Shown piece by piece: positions 22,960 to 36,127 of a stretch of DNA of 64,000 bases (position 1 is its first letter; each line of letters opens with the position of its first letter). Both the position numbers and the translations under genes were made by a program. The notes below the pieces were generated by a model, which saw only the letters and a program-made list of their open reading frames with translations, did not search any database and was not told the DNA's origin. The DNA is from Podarcis cretensis (taxonomy: Eukaryota). The stretch lies in the NCBI GenBank assembly GCA_951804945.1, contig OX638151.1, positions 87,048,001 through 87,112,000 of the forward strand. The letters are read 5' to 3'.

Positions 22960-23960
22960 GGAGTGTGGAAGCTGTAGCCCTGTTCGTATATTGCATAAGA
23001 TCTTTCCAAACTGCTCAAAAGGCTTCTGGTTTAGTCCTACCAGACAAGAGTTTTACATGCCATGCAAGCTTTTCCCGTATAGCTATACTCCAGATGTTAT
23101 GCCACCATTTTCCAGTGCCAGTTTCCTCTAATGTTTTCCACTTCTGAACATGGTAGTACATGCTGCCACTAATAAAAGAATTAATGATGTCTTCAATTTC
23201 ATTTCCTCATTTCTACTATCAAATATTGATAATAGCACCAGTTGAGGTGTAGCTTGAACAGCTTCTCCAAGAATATTCCTCATTTCAATAAAAAAAATGG
23301 GACCATAATGCCTGTGCCTAAGGGTACTCCCACCACATATGAAAATACGTTCCTCTATTTTCATATCCTCTTTCACAACTGGAAGATTGATTGGAGGTGA
23401 TGCAGGGAAGTTGAACCAGTGTATAATGCCATCTGTAATTTATTTTTAATGCAAGCTCCCTTGTTTTGGCTGATATTGATATGTTTAACTATTTCCCCTC
23501 CAGACCCTTTCCCATTTATCCCCCACAATTTTCTCCTGCAAGTCTGTTTCCCATATATGCTTCAAGCTATTTAGATTTCCAAATCCCATGTTTACTAAGC
23601 TCCTGACACAAATCTTTAGCTGTTGGGCCCAGGTTAAAAAACAACAACAACGTTTTCCATTTGTGTAAATTCACACGTTGCTTGGGTCTTAATCACAGGA
23701 TCATGCAAAACTTTCCAAATACAGTATGGTATACCTGAAACCACTCTATATTCAGATCTTGGATTGCCAATTGTAACTGTTAACACATGATTGTTCTGTC
23801 ATTAGGATAGAAGTCCAGTATGCGATAATAACCCTTGGGACGTAACTTAAGAAGGGCTCTCTGTATTGATGAGTCAATAGCAGAGTAATTGGAGAGTAGA
23901 CAGGGATATATTTTTCTGCCATTTTCCCCAAATTGCCAACAAACATATGGTGAAGGGGTT
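22960..23960 (-). mobile_element. Old L1 ORF2 C-terminal fragment
   Basis: Frameshifted translation TPQLVLLSIF...LLLVAA...KWKTLE...WWHNIWSIAIREKLAW...VWKDL matches vertebrate L1 ORF2 ends. Confidence 0.7.
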
Positions 23961-24196
23961 ATCATATTTTTTTTTGTAATGTCACCACTGACACTAGACC
24001 ATAAATAAGTGGGACCTCAGTGTGGTTAGAATAAGTTTCCATCACACATACCAAATGCATACGAAACACCTCAAAATAAGATAATGAGTTGGGAAGCCCT
24101 CATTCCCACACATTACCCACATTCTGAAATAAGCTGTATCTACACAATAAAATATCTATTTTATTTTTTTCTGAAGTAGTAAAAAATAGCCTATCT

Positions 24197-24201
<5 letters not shown>

Positions 24202-24245
<44 letters not shown>
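24202..24245. repeat. (GA)n microsatellite
   Basis: Direct reading. Confidence 0.95.
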
Positions 24246-24248
<3 letters not shown>

Positions 24249-24254
24249 AAGGTA

Positions 24255-24572
24255 CAGTAAGCCTACAACTTACATGGGGTTTTTATTCCCAGCCACTATT
24301 CATGTCACTGGAATGCATGCAAGTCGGTTCCATCTCTGCCTGCTTTCAGCGCAGAAAACAGTGTGCATGTCAGCAGTTGTGCACATGCTGGTTGTGTGTG
24401 AGTGGGGAGGTGCCTGTATAGTCAAAATGCATTGGGTGCAATGATGGGTGGGATTACCAAAGTCTTTTCCCCAGACGCCCTCCCCCTTTCTTATTTTTTA
24501 ATTATTATTTTTTGCCAAGTGCACAAAGCAGAATGTGCACAAGTTAAAAGTGCACAAATTTTAGGCTTACTG
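24255..24572. mobile_element. Tc1/mariner-type MITE
   Basis: TA flanks and TIRs CAGTAAGCCTA / TAGGCTTACTG. Confidence 0.75.
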
Positions 24573-27157
24573 TACTTTTAAATCTTATCTTCCTTTCTCT
24601 CCTCAAAGTGCTCTGAAGATTCGTTCCCTTCTATTTCAGTTCTGTCAACTAAAAGATGCTTAAAACAATTAGCAAAATAATTCAAAGTTTATTCACAACC
24701 AGCTGTACCGCTAGTAAGCGTGACTTGTTCACAAAACCTTACTTTAATCTGAAGATGCACTTTAATTTAAAAGCATCCATATCACACAAAATCTGAATCA
24801 CATTGCTTATTTCTTTCTGTCCAGAAAGTTGTATGCCATAGCACTAAAGTGAACTCCAAACATAGGCAGACAAAATTGTCCAGCTAACTTAATGACTAAT
24901 TTTAAGGCAGGGCTTTAAAAAATTCTGTATGGTATATGCTATAAAAATTCAGGTTAGTTGTATGTACAAGTGATGATTTTGTGCTAAAACAGAATTGTAA
25001 ATGCAAATGTTCTAGCAAAGCGTATTATTTTATGTGTCGTTTTTCTTGGGCTACTACTGTATCTTTAGTTATTCACTTAATATTGTTGAGAAAATGAGGA
25101 ATAAATCTGAATCATACCACTTTACATATTAAATGAACTCTTTTGGAGAAGTGCCCATGCTTAATCTGAATGCTTAGAATAGTAGTGTAAGACCTAAATA
25201 AAAAAAATAGTTGGGCCACTTACCGTTCTGCCATCTTTTATTCTCTGACAACCACAAAGGGCAATTGCCTCCAAGTCCTTGTGGGAAATCTTCAGGTCTG
25301 CCTAATTAAGTCTAATGCCACAATTACCAATGATCACAACCTTTGTGCTCAAGCATTCATCACAGCTAAACTGCATTGTCACAAATGGCTCTCCCCAGGA
25401 TCTCTGTATTAAGTTTGCATTCAGGGGCATACACAACTGCTTATCAAAGCATGTTGGAAATGAGAGAAATAAAAGATGAAGTCCCATAAGTAATGAGCGT
25501 GTGTTGTTTCGCTGGATCAGAACGAAGTTTCAACTAGACTAGCATTATGTTTCCAACAATGCAGAGAGGATTGGTGAAACATAATAGCTAAGAATGTTTT
25601 GGAAAAGCTGTAACAGCCTGGCTTTATCCCAGTCTGCCACTGCTGGAGACTGAACACTGCCATCTTTGAACATTTAAGATTAAATGACTCCCTTTAAAAA
25701 AACAAGCTACATGGTGACTTTGCACTATTGGACAACATTTCTGATCACACAAGGCAGGGCACTCAATTTTTCCTTATCCCCCCTTCCACCTATTACGGTT
25801 CCCCACGCCCCTGAAAAGTTGCTCCTGAGGGTTAGGGGGCTCCAGAATAGAATGAGCAATGGCACAGATGGCTGCAGCAGGCAGGAACAAAAGTTTAGTG
25901 TCCCGCCTTATGAGAGCAGAAGCACTTTCCGCTAGTGCAGTTGGCTCCCAAACCCCGCTTGCCATGAAGCACTTGAAAATTTCTCAAGGTCTTTGCAAAC
26001 CATTTAATATTTTTTCTGTTTGTTGTAGCAAGTGTTGTGGGCTGTGCTAGATACAGTGTAATTTTTAACCGCATTTTTACAGACATACTGCAGATCACAG
26101 GGTGAGAAAGCCTGAGCTAGGTCATTGCCACCACTGGATACATGCCAATGAGCATCATCTTTAAAGGTCATTATGCTAGTTGACTATAATAATACCCTGC
26201 ACTGATGAAGCATGTGGTGTGGGAAGAACTTTTCTCTCTCTCTTGGATCAACTGACACTCCAGACTCTAGCCACCTTGGATTAACCTAGCACCTCAGACT
26301 ATTTCTACAACACAATGTAAAAACATCCAAAAATATAATTTCATTCACATCTCAAATTTAATTTAGAAGATGCAAGAGAAAGCATATCAAATAAGATAAT
26401 AATGTGCATTGTCAGTAAAATTTTGACTTAACACAACTCCTTAAACTCCTTCAAGGGTGAACTTCACAACTGGTTTTGTGATTATTTATATATATATATA
26501 TATGGAAAATTTCTCTGTTGTTCATATTCTTGATCATATTAATTGTCCTTTTCTGTATCTTCTAACTCTATAGCATCCTTTTTCCTTTTTTTTTAAAAAA
26601 GGAGTTAGTTGGAACTTCACACAATATTCCAAATGTGAACATACTACAAATTTATATCATGGGTTGAATTCCAAGGTGCATTCTGTGTATAGAAGTCTTC
26701 TTTTATTCACAGTAGATTTCATGTTAGAGTGCTGTGTGAGAAAAGTAAAATCCAAAGATGTTATTGAGCTTGTGTAAGAGCTTGTGTTTGTAGAAGAATG
26801 CTAATGGATTCCCCCCCCCTCACATTTGTGGGGGGTTGTTGTTGTTTTTTGGATCCAATTACTGGATTTATCTGGTATAGCTGACATGCAGGGCAAAAGA
26901 TGGGTAACCTGGTTGTCACATGATAATTGCAATATTCAGCTCAATGATCATGAACCAGCTAGAAAGGGCTAGAAAGGCAGATTAAACTCCATGATCAAAG
27001 GCAGAGTATTGTACACATCAGTCCACTTAAGGCATACTAGTCTAGCCTGAATCTCTTGACATTTTCTGTAAAATTATTTCAGTGGTTACAGTTAGAAAAG
27101 GTCTCCCACATTTTGTGTATGCAAGTGAACAAATGGTAAAAAATAAGACTCAAATGT

Positions 27158-27325
27158 GAGTCTTGTCACATCTTAAAAGCTAAGTAATTTATTATCGGAT
27201 AAGTTTTTGTGGACTTCATCAGATGCATGAAAGCTAATACCATAATAAAGATGTTAGCCTTTAAGGTGCCACAATACTCTGTTATTTTTGATACAGCAGA
27301 CTAAGACAGCTACACTACTGAAATA
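27158..27325. mobile_element. Palindromic Penelope-like relic (inverted pLTR ends, collapsed hammerhead centre)
   Basis: ...ATAAGTTTTTGTGGACTTCATCAGATGCATGAAAGCTAATACCATAATAAA...CTTTAAGGTGCCACAA...CAGACTAAGACAGCTAC. Confidence 0.75.
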
Positions 27326-28364
27326 TGTTTAAAAAGCCATTGTTTGCTTAAAGGATACCTTCATATTGAACCATCTTTTAAAATCAGGATCCCTATTATT
27401 CTTATTCTTTGCAAAATGTCAAAAGCTAATTCCTTACTTCAGTTTTGTACCATTCTGTGACATTTCACTCTCGTTGGATAAACTATAGTGTCAAAATTTA
27501 ACAACGTTGTGTCAAAATAAATCTTGCATGTCAAGCAACAATCAGAAAACAGGGTATAAGGAAGCTGATAAAAATACTCAGATGCAACTTCTACTGGTAG
27601 AATTTATTCAAATAATAACAGTGAAAAAGAATTATAGGGCAGTATATCTGCAGCAAATTATCAAATAATTACTGTGTTTGTTTAAAATTCATTCACGCAT
27701 GCAAACTCATACTTTGATTGCCAAAATAAAGAAATAAAATATAATCACTTGATCCAGAATCTAAATAACTTCGACCCTGGGTTTTTTAAATAAATGAAAC
27801 TGCTTATTTCCATGTATGCATTAGATCAATTGATGAAAAGCCCTTGGGGAAAATTTCAGTGTCCAAATGGACATCTGAGCTGATTACCATACTCAAACTG
27901 TTTTCTAGATGTGTATTTTACACTCAGTCTGGAATTCCCACCAGCGGTGATTACACCAGTAAAAGTGGCAGATTATTGTGTACACATCATTAAGAGAGCT
28001 GCTAATGAGCTGTTGTATCCTGGCATTTGGATAATTCATGCAACAGTTTTGATACTGGTGAAAATTAACAGCTTTGTGCTGCTTGAAGTTGCTAATTGGT
28101 GTAATACTGTACAGTAGAGTCACATGGCTGATTCAGATGCACCACTTGCTAAATCACAGCATAGCATTATGTGAATGAGCCTGGCCTTGCTCCCCTTGCC
28201 AGCTAGTGCACTTCCACCTTGTCCAGTGTAGCCGCAAGATGTTCAGAAGCGTTTGCTTCCATTTTGAACCATAATTGATGTAGCTGGCTTAGTTTCACTA
28301 ACCATAGTTAAGGTTATCCAGTTTGTCTGAGGTTTGGACGATACAACAAACTGCATTTATTATA

Positions 28365-28445
28365 GTAAAGGGGATTTGAACCACCGACCTTCTGATCGGC
28401 AAGCCCTAGGCTCTGTGGTTTAACCCACAGTGCCACCTGCGTCCC
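28365..28445 (-). mobile_element. Internally deleted 81-bp Sauria SINE
   Basis: Head through box B fused to a tail remnant (CTTTAC). TSD GCATTTATTATA at 28353-28364 and 28446-28457. Confidence 0.85.
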
Positions 28446-28750
28446 GCATTTATTATACTGGGAAGTAAAAAAATTCAACTCCTCCTCATTGTGGCTGCTC
28501 CAGGTGAGCAGTGCACTAGCCTGGAGAGATTCTAGGCTTGTTTTTGTAATGCAGAATCAGCTATTGTGAAATACCAGACATAAATACCTGCAAAACTTAT
28601 CATGGCAATCTCTGTGTTGGTATGATGGACCTGTTCAGACTCACTCTGCAATGGATTTACCTTACTTTTAATTACAAACTTTGCGGAAGCTCAAGGGCCC
28701 CACAATTCTAATTTTCACAATTCAAATAATGTTTGAGTACTCCCACTATT

Positions 28751-29091
28751 AGGGGCACGGGTGTGGGTTAAACCGCAGAGCCTAGGACTTGCCGATCAGA
28801 AGGTCAGCGGTTCGAATCCCTGTGACGGGGTGAGCTCCCGTTTCTCGGTCCCAGCTCCTGCCAACCTAGCAGTTTGAAAGCACCTCAAAGTGCAAGTAGA
28901 TAAATAGGTACCGTTCTGGTGGGAAGGTAAACGGCATTTCCATGCGCTGCTCTGGTTCGCCGGAAGCGGCTTAGTCATGCTGGCCACATGCTGAACGCCG
29001 GCTCCCTCAGCCAATAAAGCGAGATGAGCTTCGCAACCCCACAGTTGGTCATGACTGGACCTAATGGCCAGGGGTCTCTTTACCTTTACCT
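28751..29091 (+). mobile_element. Sauria SINE (older subfamily)
   Basis: Full body and tail. TSD TACTCCCACTATT at 28738-28750 and 29092-29104. Confidence 0.95.
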
Positions 29092-29669
29092 TACTCCCAC
29101 TATTTATTAAAAAAAAAAAAAACCCTTCCCCTCTTAATAATAAACAATTAAGAAAATGTCTGTGGGGGCAGGATATGGGAGGTCAGAATGACATGAGGCC
29201 CATTCAGACACACATGCAAGGAGAAGCAGGGACACATCGCCGAGCTCCACGTATCATAGCATGTCATTTCTATCAAGTTTGAGGGCGAAGGCTGAGGCAG
29301 GGCCCTCCTTTGCTCAATGAGGCTCCCCCATTGTGCAGGGTCTTAAATCACACACAGAGCCTCCATGGGTGGAGGAGACTTGCCCCCTCAAAACCATTCA
29401 TTGGGGCTTATCTTAAGGAAAGCATGTATAGGATTGCAGCCTAAGGCTATATTCTCCTCCCATTACCCAATCTTTTCTTTACACAATGGTTATGAGTTAA
29501 ACAAGAAAAATTTGGAAAGAGGAATGATAACAATATATAGTTTAGTATTCTCTTTATCACCAGTCTCTGCCTTAACTACAGAATGTGCACAAGTGTGTGT
29601 TATGTCTGTGGAACATGAATTTACCAAGGGATCAAAAAAAACAGTTATCTAAATTCTGAAGTGTTGTGG

Positions 29670-30105
29670 GCAACATAAATGCTCAGACGTCAGTGCTGAC
29701 AGCCGGCTAATGCCTTATTTTAATTACACACCCTGCAGAAGCTCAGGTGCCTCACGCTTCTTTCTGATTCCCACAATTAATGTTTGAAGAGCGACTCATG
29801 GATCTCACCAATCAGAAGGTCACCTGGAGTCTCACTTCAAATATTACTTTAATTGCAGGCAATTAAATTGTGAGGAGTGCAAATTGAGTTGCGAGGCACT
29901 CAAAGCTTCTGAAAGTCATGCTGTTAAAGTAATGTATGAATTGGCTTGCATAGCTCACTCGTGCTGCCATTTGCTGCTGTGTATTCTTTCATTTTTGGTC
30001 AACCGACGCCTTCTGATGTTGTCCATTATCTGCTGGTTTTCTTGGCACGCGGCTGCAGCTTTTTAGAAAAGTTGCCACTGAGTGCAGAAAGCCAATCCAA
30101 CTTCA
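29670..30105. promoter_or_regulatory. Candidate conserved non-coding enhancer
   Basis: Unique, repeat-free sequence with retained CpGs and clustered TAAT/AATTA, GACGTCA, TGACAG and CCAATCA motifs. Conservation cannot be tested here. Confidence 0.35.
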
Positions 30106-33100
30106 GATTAGGGGTTTATTTATTTATTTTAAACATTTCTCTATAGTGCCTTACTGATCAAGTATTCAAGGCAGCTATTGAAATAAATTAAATGAATTTT
30201 AAATAAGACACTTCTTTGGGGAAAAAATAGCCCTTTTCAGGCACTCAGGAGACTCACATGGTTAGAATTATGTAAGGGGAGAAGAAGGACATGCTAGCTA
30301 ATGCCATCCCTGCCATCGTGGTAGCCACTGAATACACTCATGAGTAAACCCTACTGTAAATGTTGGTTGTTACTTCTGAGCTAAACCTATTATCTATATC
30401 TATATCTATATCTATATCTCCAGTCTTCTTCTAGACTGGGCTGCAGATCTTATAACTGGTTCAACCAAGAACTTTTGAGAGGAGGCACTAGAAGGATTAC
30501 AGGAATATAATAAATTATTAGGGGGTATGATAAGGACAGTAAGAGGCCAAACAGAAAAAAGAGGAAGCAAAATAAACGATGGGGCTATGAGTGTTGCAAA
30601 GGTACAGGAGAGGTCATAAAGCAGAAGATACAAATGGAAAGCAGATTTGTGCTCTGGAAGCACAGAGACAGTGGTAAACGTCTATCTGAGCAAAGTGAAG
30701 GATACATTGGGCATAACTCAAGGAGGTGGTGGAGATTTGTGATCAGAACTCTCATCTCTTTCCATTTTATCAAATAGCAGCAACTGAAACTCTGTCTGTC
30801 TGTCTGTCTGTCTGTCTGTGTGTTTTAAGCTTTCCCTCTAGGCCATCTTCCGAATGAAAATCACCCCCTCTAAAGCTGCTATTTGTCCTGTGTAGGTTTG
30901 TAGGTGTGTTTGTGTGTGTGTGTAAAGTATACAAATAAAGTTTCCCCTAATGGTGCATACAACCATTCTGGTATGCGTGAGAAAGTGAGGGAGAGAAAGA
31001 TTATTAAAAAAACCCACCACTGAGGAAAGAACCCCCCCCCCAGAGCAAAACAGTCCCAATCTGCCCCCCTCCAACAGCTATTTACTAAAATTTAATGATA
31101 TCGCAGATGTAATCACAGCTCTTTGTTTACTTGTCTAATTAGGCCTGTATATAATTTTACTTACACCGAGTGATAATGAACTAAGTCACACTCGGAGCTA
31201 ATCCATTGAAATAAACGGTTACTTAATTCCATTGATTTCAGCGGCTCTACTCTGAGCGTGACTAGCACTGAATATCACCCATTGTATTTAATAATGCATT
31301 TATAGAACACGAGTTACAATACTGCTCATGACCTGCGGTGTTTTCAAATAACACCTAAACTGTGGAACAAACTTCCAACTCTCGAGGTTTTGAAGTGGTA
31401 TTTTGTAAATAAATGTATTATACAGTCAAATCATTGCCGTTTTTATTTGGTTTATATATTAGATATATCTTATACAAAACATTCTACCTCAGAGCACCAG
31501 GAGTGGCTTTCCTGGTAGAGGGGAGCCACAGCAATAGCCTCCTGGCAGCAGCGATGCTGCCACTTAAGAGGAGGGAGACAGGTGAGGTAGCAGTGAAGCT
31601 GGGACCATACAGGTACACTGGTTTGAGGGCTGGATTGGCTTTGCTAGTGTCCCTGTGCAGCCATTACCTTGCTTGCTGCAGCTCAACTCCAATGGACAAG
31701 CTGCTCCTACTGCACAGGACTACAGCTGATAAAAACAAATGTCCTAAGTCAGGTAGGAAAATGCATTGCACCTGATTTCCCACTGTGCAAACTGCAGGGT
31801 CACATGCTCCTCCTCTTTTGCACTTCTACTTTCAGTTTTAAATAAACCACAGCTCCATGTAATATCTGAACTCGGGAGACGGTGATTTGTTTTAAATTTG
31901 AAAATCAGAAAAGATCTAAAACCCTGGTATATCCTGATTTGTTGTAGCTATTTTGGGACACTAAGATTGCTGTCATAATGATAGCTCCCAATTTCCCCCC
32001 TCTCCTGTGAATACTGCATCAGTTATGTTATGTTGTGTGTGTGTAATCCTTCAAAGAACTATAGTGTAGGTGTCATGGTAGTATCGTCTTTTGCAGAAAA
32101 ACAAATCAAATCAAATATGTTTTCTGGAAAAATAGGACGTATTGTTTCTGAAGCATTTATGAAAAGAACAACCTTTTGCAATCTGTTTTGGCAAACAGCT
32201 GAGCTTTCCTTTCAAGCCCTCTTATAAGTGAGCAAATAATAAATGTTGCTGAATGTCACTCTTGTCATCTGTTAAAAACCATCAAGAGGGAACTTACTTA
32301 CATTGCTTAATGAGTCTAGTGTAGTAAACAGCTATTAGACTGGGACTAAGTTTGGATGCTGCATTGAACTATGGTTTAGTGCTATGTGAAGAAGCCTTGG
32401 ATTTAGTATGCTCCCCCCCCCCTTTCCTCCAGTGCAGCCATCAGGAGGACTTTGGAAGCATTTCCTTCCATTTTCAATGAATGCAGCTTGTCAATAACAT
32501 TTGAATTGGGAGGAACTGCTACTAGGTTTAATTATGCTTTGTCCAAACAAACTTCATAACGTAGTTTACAATCCTTGCTTGTTCAGATTAACTATTGTTC
32601 ATGGTTTGCACATAAAGTCAAACCAAGTGAAAATGGAAACAAACACTTCCAAAGTTTTCCTCACAGCTGGTGCTGTACGGTGGCACCAAGATTTAAGATT
32701 CAAGCCCCACATTCATACAATGATATCAGGATTTTAAAGCATCATTATTACAATCCCATATTCTCCTCATAAATGCCACATGTGTGGGGTAGCGGTCATA
32801 TGTGTATCGTAGAACTTAAATTTCACTATGGAACCTAAATTACTGGCACCAAACTTTGTGTGATACTCCCCCCCCAAAAAAAAAACCCCACCCCATTTCC
32901 CCCCACACCACTACTCATGGTCATATCTCAAAGGGATCCTTTTAGATGGCCTATCCATGTTCCAGAAATGGATGCTAAATCAATTTCCAACTTCCAACAT
33001 ATAAACAGCCACTGAGACCGTGTCACCTCTGAATGGGCATATTTAACACTATCCTCAAAGTGACTGTGTGATATACTTCCACTTTCCAGCTTTTATTTCC

Positions 33101-35177
33101 ATATTAAGTTTATATAGTTGGCAGGGAAATGAGTAGATGTAAAATATCAGAGTGTTGCTGTTTCTTAATTCTCACTGAAGTCAGACTAAGCCAGAAGCTA
33201 TAGTACAAAACTGCAACATAATAATGGCTGTCAAAATATTTTTAAAATATATCTGTATTAGACTGATCTTTTACCCAGAGGGGCTTCATAGATATCACTC
33301 ACAAAACTTGTAGCAATTATGCTATGCAACAATATCTTTCCATTTTTATTTTAGGAAGCTCAGAAGATATGCGATCCTTTAAACTGGTTGAATTGTGCTC
33401 CCTTGATTTATTTATGAGCTGATTCACATATTGGTGAATCAAACAGTTTCCTGGATATGGAAGTAAAGTGGAATTGGGCAGTGTAGGTGTACGTTGATTA
33501 TGCAACGTCCCCAGTTCCTGGAATTATTCCATCCAGTTTTGAGGAATATCACTTGAATATACATGCATCCAGTGTGACTCAGAGAAGACAGCACGTTCTG
33601 TGTGACATTTGTCTGCTTGCTCCTCTACTTCAGATAAAGAATTCACCAATATGCAAGCCATCTTTTAGAATAGGTTTACAGTCTCCTTTATAGCAACATA
33701 TACTCTCACATGAATGAAAAACTGCAGATATTTAGCACAGTTTCTCCTTTGGGACTCTTTACTTCTCTTCGGTTTGTTCATTTTGTATATGACTTATAAT
33801 AACTTCATCACTTTCTTCCTCTCCCCAGGGAGATATCACTTCAATGGTATTAACCTTCCCACAGCATCTTTTATACATAATCTGTATACAGAGAGGATGA
33901 ACAACTCAGTGTATTTTTCAAAGTTCCTTCTTAAGGCAGTATTATTGAACCATAAACTAATTTGTCTGCATTACAGAAGAACATAGGGCGATGGAGATTT
34001 CAAATGATGTTTTTCAGAGGTTTCCTCTCTCTATTGTTCTTATCCAAAAAATGCTATAAAGAAAGAATCTGCTTGAAATTCCAAGTTTGAATGATACCAA
34101 AATAGCTCATTGATGCAGACCAATGAAAACCCTGTTTGGATTGGGTTGTCATGTATTTCTCAGGCATAACTGGCTATGTAAACTGGATATCCCTGCAGTT
34201 TCATGGAGTTATGCAAAGATTTATGGGGAGATTTAAGTCCCCACCCATATAAGTAGCTGTTTTGCATTAAGAGGAAGAGTTGTCACATATAGCAATTTAA
34301 AGCAGTGTCCAGAGGATGCTTCCATACATACTAGCCATAAGAACAAATGACCAAGAAAATTCACTAATAAGGATTTGAAGCCCTTCAAACATCTGCATCA
34401 GGTGTATCTAATCTGGTGTCCTCTCCAGATACTGTTGGACCCATCCCTGATCATCAGCCATGTTGACAGGGGCTGATGGGAGAGCACCACATTTGTCAAT
34501 CCTGCTGAAGATATTGTTGGACACTATCTCATCGGTCACAGACAGCTTGGCCGATACCAGGTATGATGGGAACTGTAGTCCAACTTTCTCACCATTGTCT
34601 AGGACTGGTGAGGAAGCACTCTGTACCATGAACCAAACCCTACAACTCGAGTGACTAAAAGAAGCAGGAAGAAGGGTATTAGGCAGGATACAAGTCCAGC
34701 TGATTCAGGAAGGGCATGGGCAGTGAGCATTGATATTAGTTCAGGTGGACTTTTAAAAACCAAGAAGGGTTCTTAAGAATGGGGAATGCAATCCATATCA
34801 TTCAGTTAAAGCTGTGGGTGCTACATAAGGGTTGGATTATGAAATCATTAATATTAGTAAAGGGAAAAAAAATACCTACTGGAAATGATAATAACATGTT
34901 ACTATTATCTTTCATATACATGTCCAGTGTAACTGAAAAAGAAGCTGCTACCGCTATAGAATCAGCTGGTCCCCTGGCCTCATCAAAAGCATTTGTTCTC
35001 ACTAATGATAATTGCTCACATTAGATGTAGCATGGAATTTCTACATCTGCTGTAAAAGGTAATGCATTTCGTATTGGTTGAAATACAGACAATTTAAAGA
35101 ATGGTTTAAATTAAAGTCAATATATCTATGTTTTTCTAGCATACACATTTGTATGAATGATGCTAGATAATATAACA

Positions 35178-35234
35178 AATTTAGTTGATCTCTAAGGTGC
35201 TACTGGAAGGATTTTTTTTTTTTATTTTGTTTCG
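35178..35234 (+). mobile_element. 57-bp Penelope-like pLTR 3'-end micro-insertion
   Basis: TTAGTTGATCTCTAAGGTGCTACTGGAAGGATTTT...GTTTCG matches 15458-15502. 16-bp TSD GCTAGATAATAT(A/G)ACA at 35162-35177 and 35235-35250. Confidence 0.85.
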
Positions 35235-35574
35235 GCTAGATAATATGACATCCTTGCAAATGAGGGGTGGGTGGGACTTGGGATACTGAGGTTATATGAT
35301 AGACTGTTTTTTGGAATAGTAATAACATCCCCCTTATGTAGATTCACAGCATTACTGCCAAAGACCTTTTTTAACTGTACTTCCAGTCAGTCCAAAAGAA
35401 ATAACCACTTTTCTTCACCCACCCTTCCTTTTCCTAACTTATTTGAAAGAATTGCTCTAATCAAGCATAAGTGTCTACTATTTGTTAGTTCCAGAAGAAA
35501 CATGCCATCTATGTAATTCCATAGGGTCAGCACTATGCTAATATTACCAACAACACATCCATTGAATACCTATT

Positions 35575-35664
35575 CATAGCTGTCAACTTTTCCCTTTTCT
35601 TGCGAGGAATCCTATTCGGAATAAGGGAATTTCCCTTTAAAAAATGGAAACGTTGACGGCTATG
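35575..35664. mobile_element. 90-bp hAT MITE
   Basis: TIRs CATAGCTGTCAAC / GTTGACGGCTATG. Perfect 8-bp TSD TACCTATT. Confidence 0.88.
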
Positions 35665-36017
35665 TACCTATTCTTGTGAAGCAGACGAACCCATCAAATG
35701 TATGGCCACCACATGAAAGGCAGCCCAGGTTCAGCATTATGTCCAAACTGGGCCACTGAATAGTGGCATGGAAAAGTCATCAGGCAGGGCCCTGATTGAC
35801 TCCAACTGCAGAAGCTGAGACTGCTGAAGAGGCCAGAGACCATCTTGATTGGTTTTTTTTTGTGCCATCCCAGGTCATCAAACTTCAGCTTCCGCAGCCG
35901 TTGTCCACCATGAAACACCATTGGCAGGATTGGCAGCGACAGCAGCAGCTCTGTCCTGTGCTTAAGATACTATTTTATTCTCTTGCTAATTATGCTGTTT
36001 TAAATGTGAATTTTGCC

Positions 36018-36127
36018 GGAAGTGTCTCCGGACAGCGCTGGCCCCTGGCCTCTTGAGTGAGATGGGCGCACAACCCCAGAGTCTGTCAAGACTGGCCCGT
36101 ACGGGCAGGGGTACCTTTACCTTTACC
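36018..36127 (+). mobile_element. 5'-truncated Sauria SINE (young subfamily)
   Basis: 3' third of the body plus tail. 18-bp TSD TTAAATGTGAATTTTGCC. Confidence 0.93.

Noticed and set aside
25224-25301. Possible minus-strand exon ending ATGGCAGAACG|GTAAGT
   Set aside because: The donor is good but the acceptor is weak. Splicing to the 21815-21864 candidate from this ATG hits a stop, and no homology is recognised.
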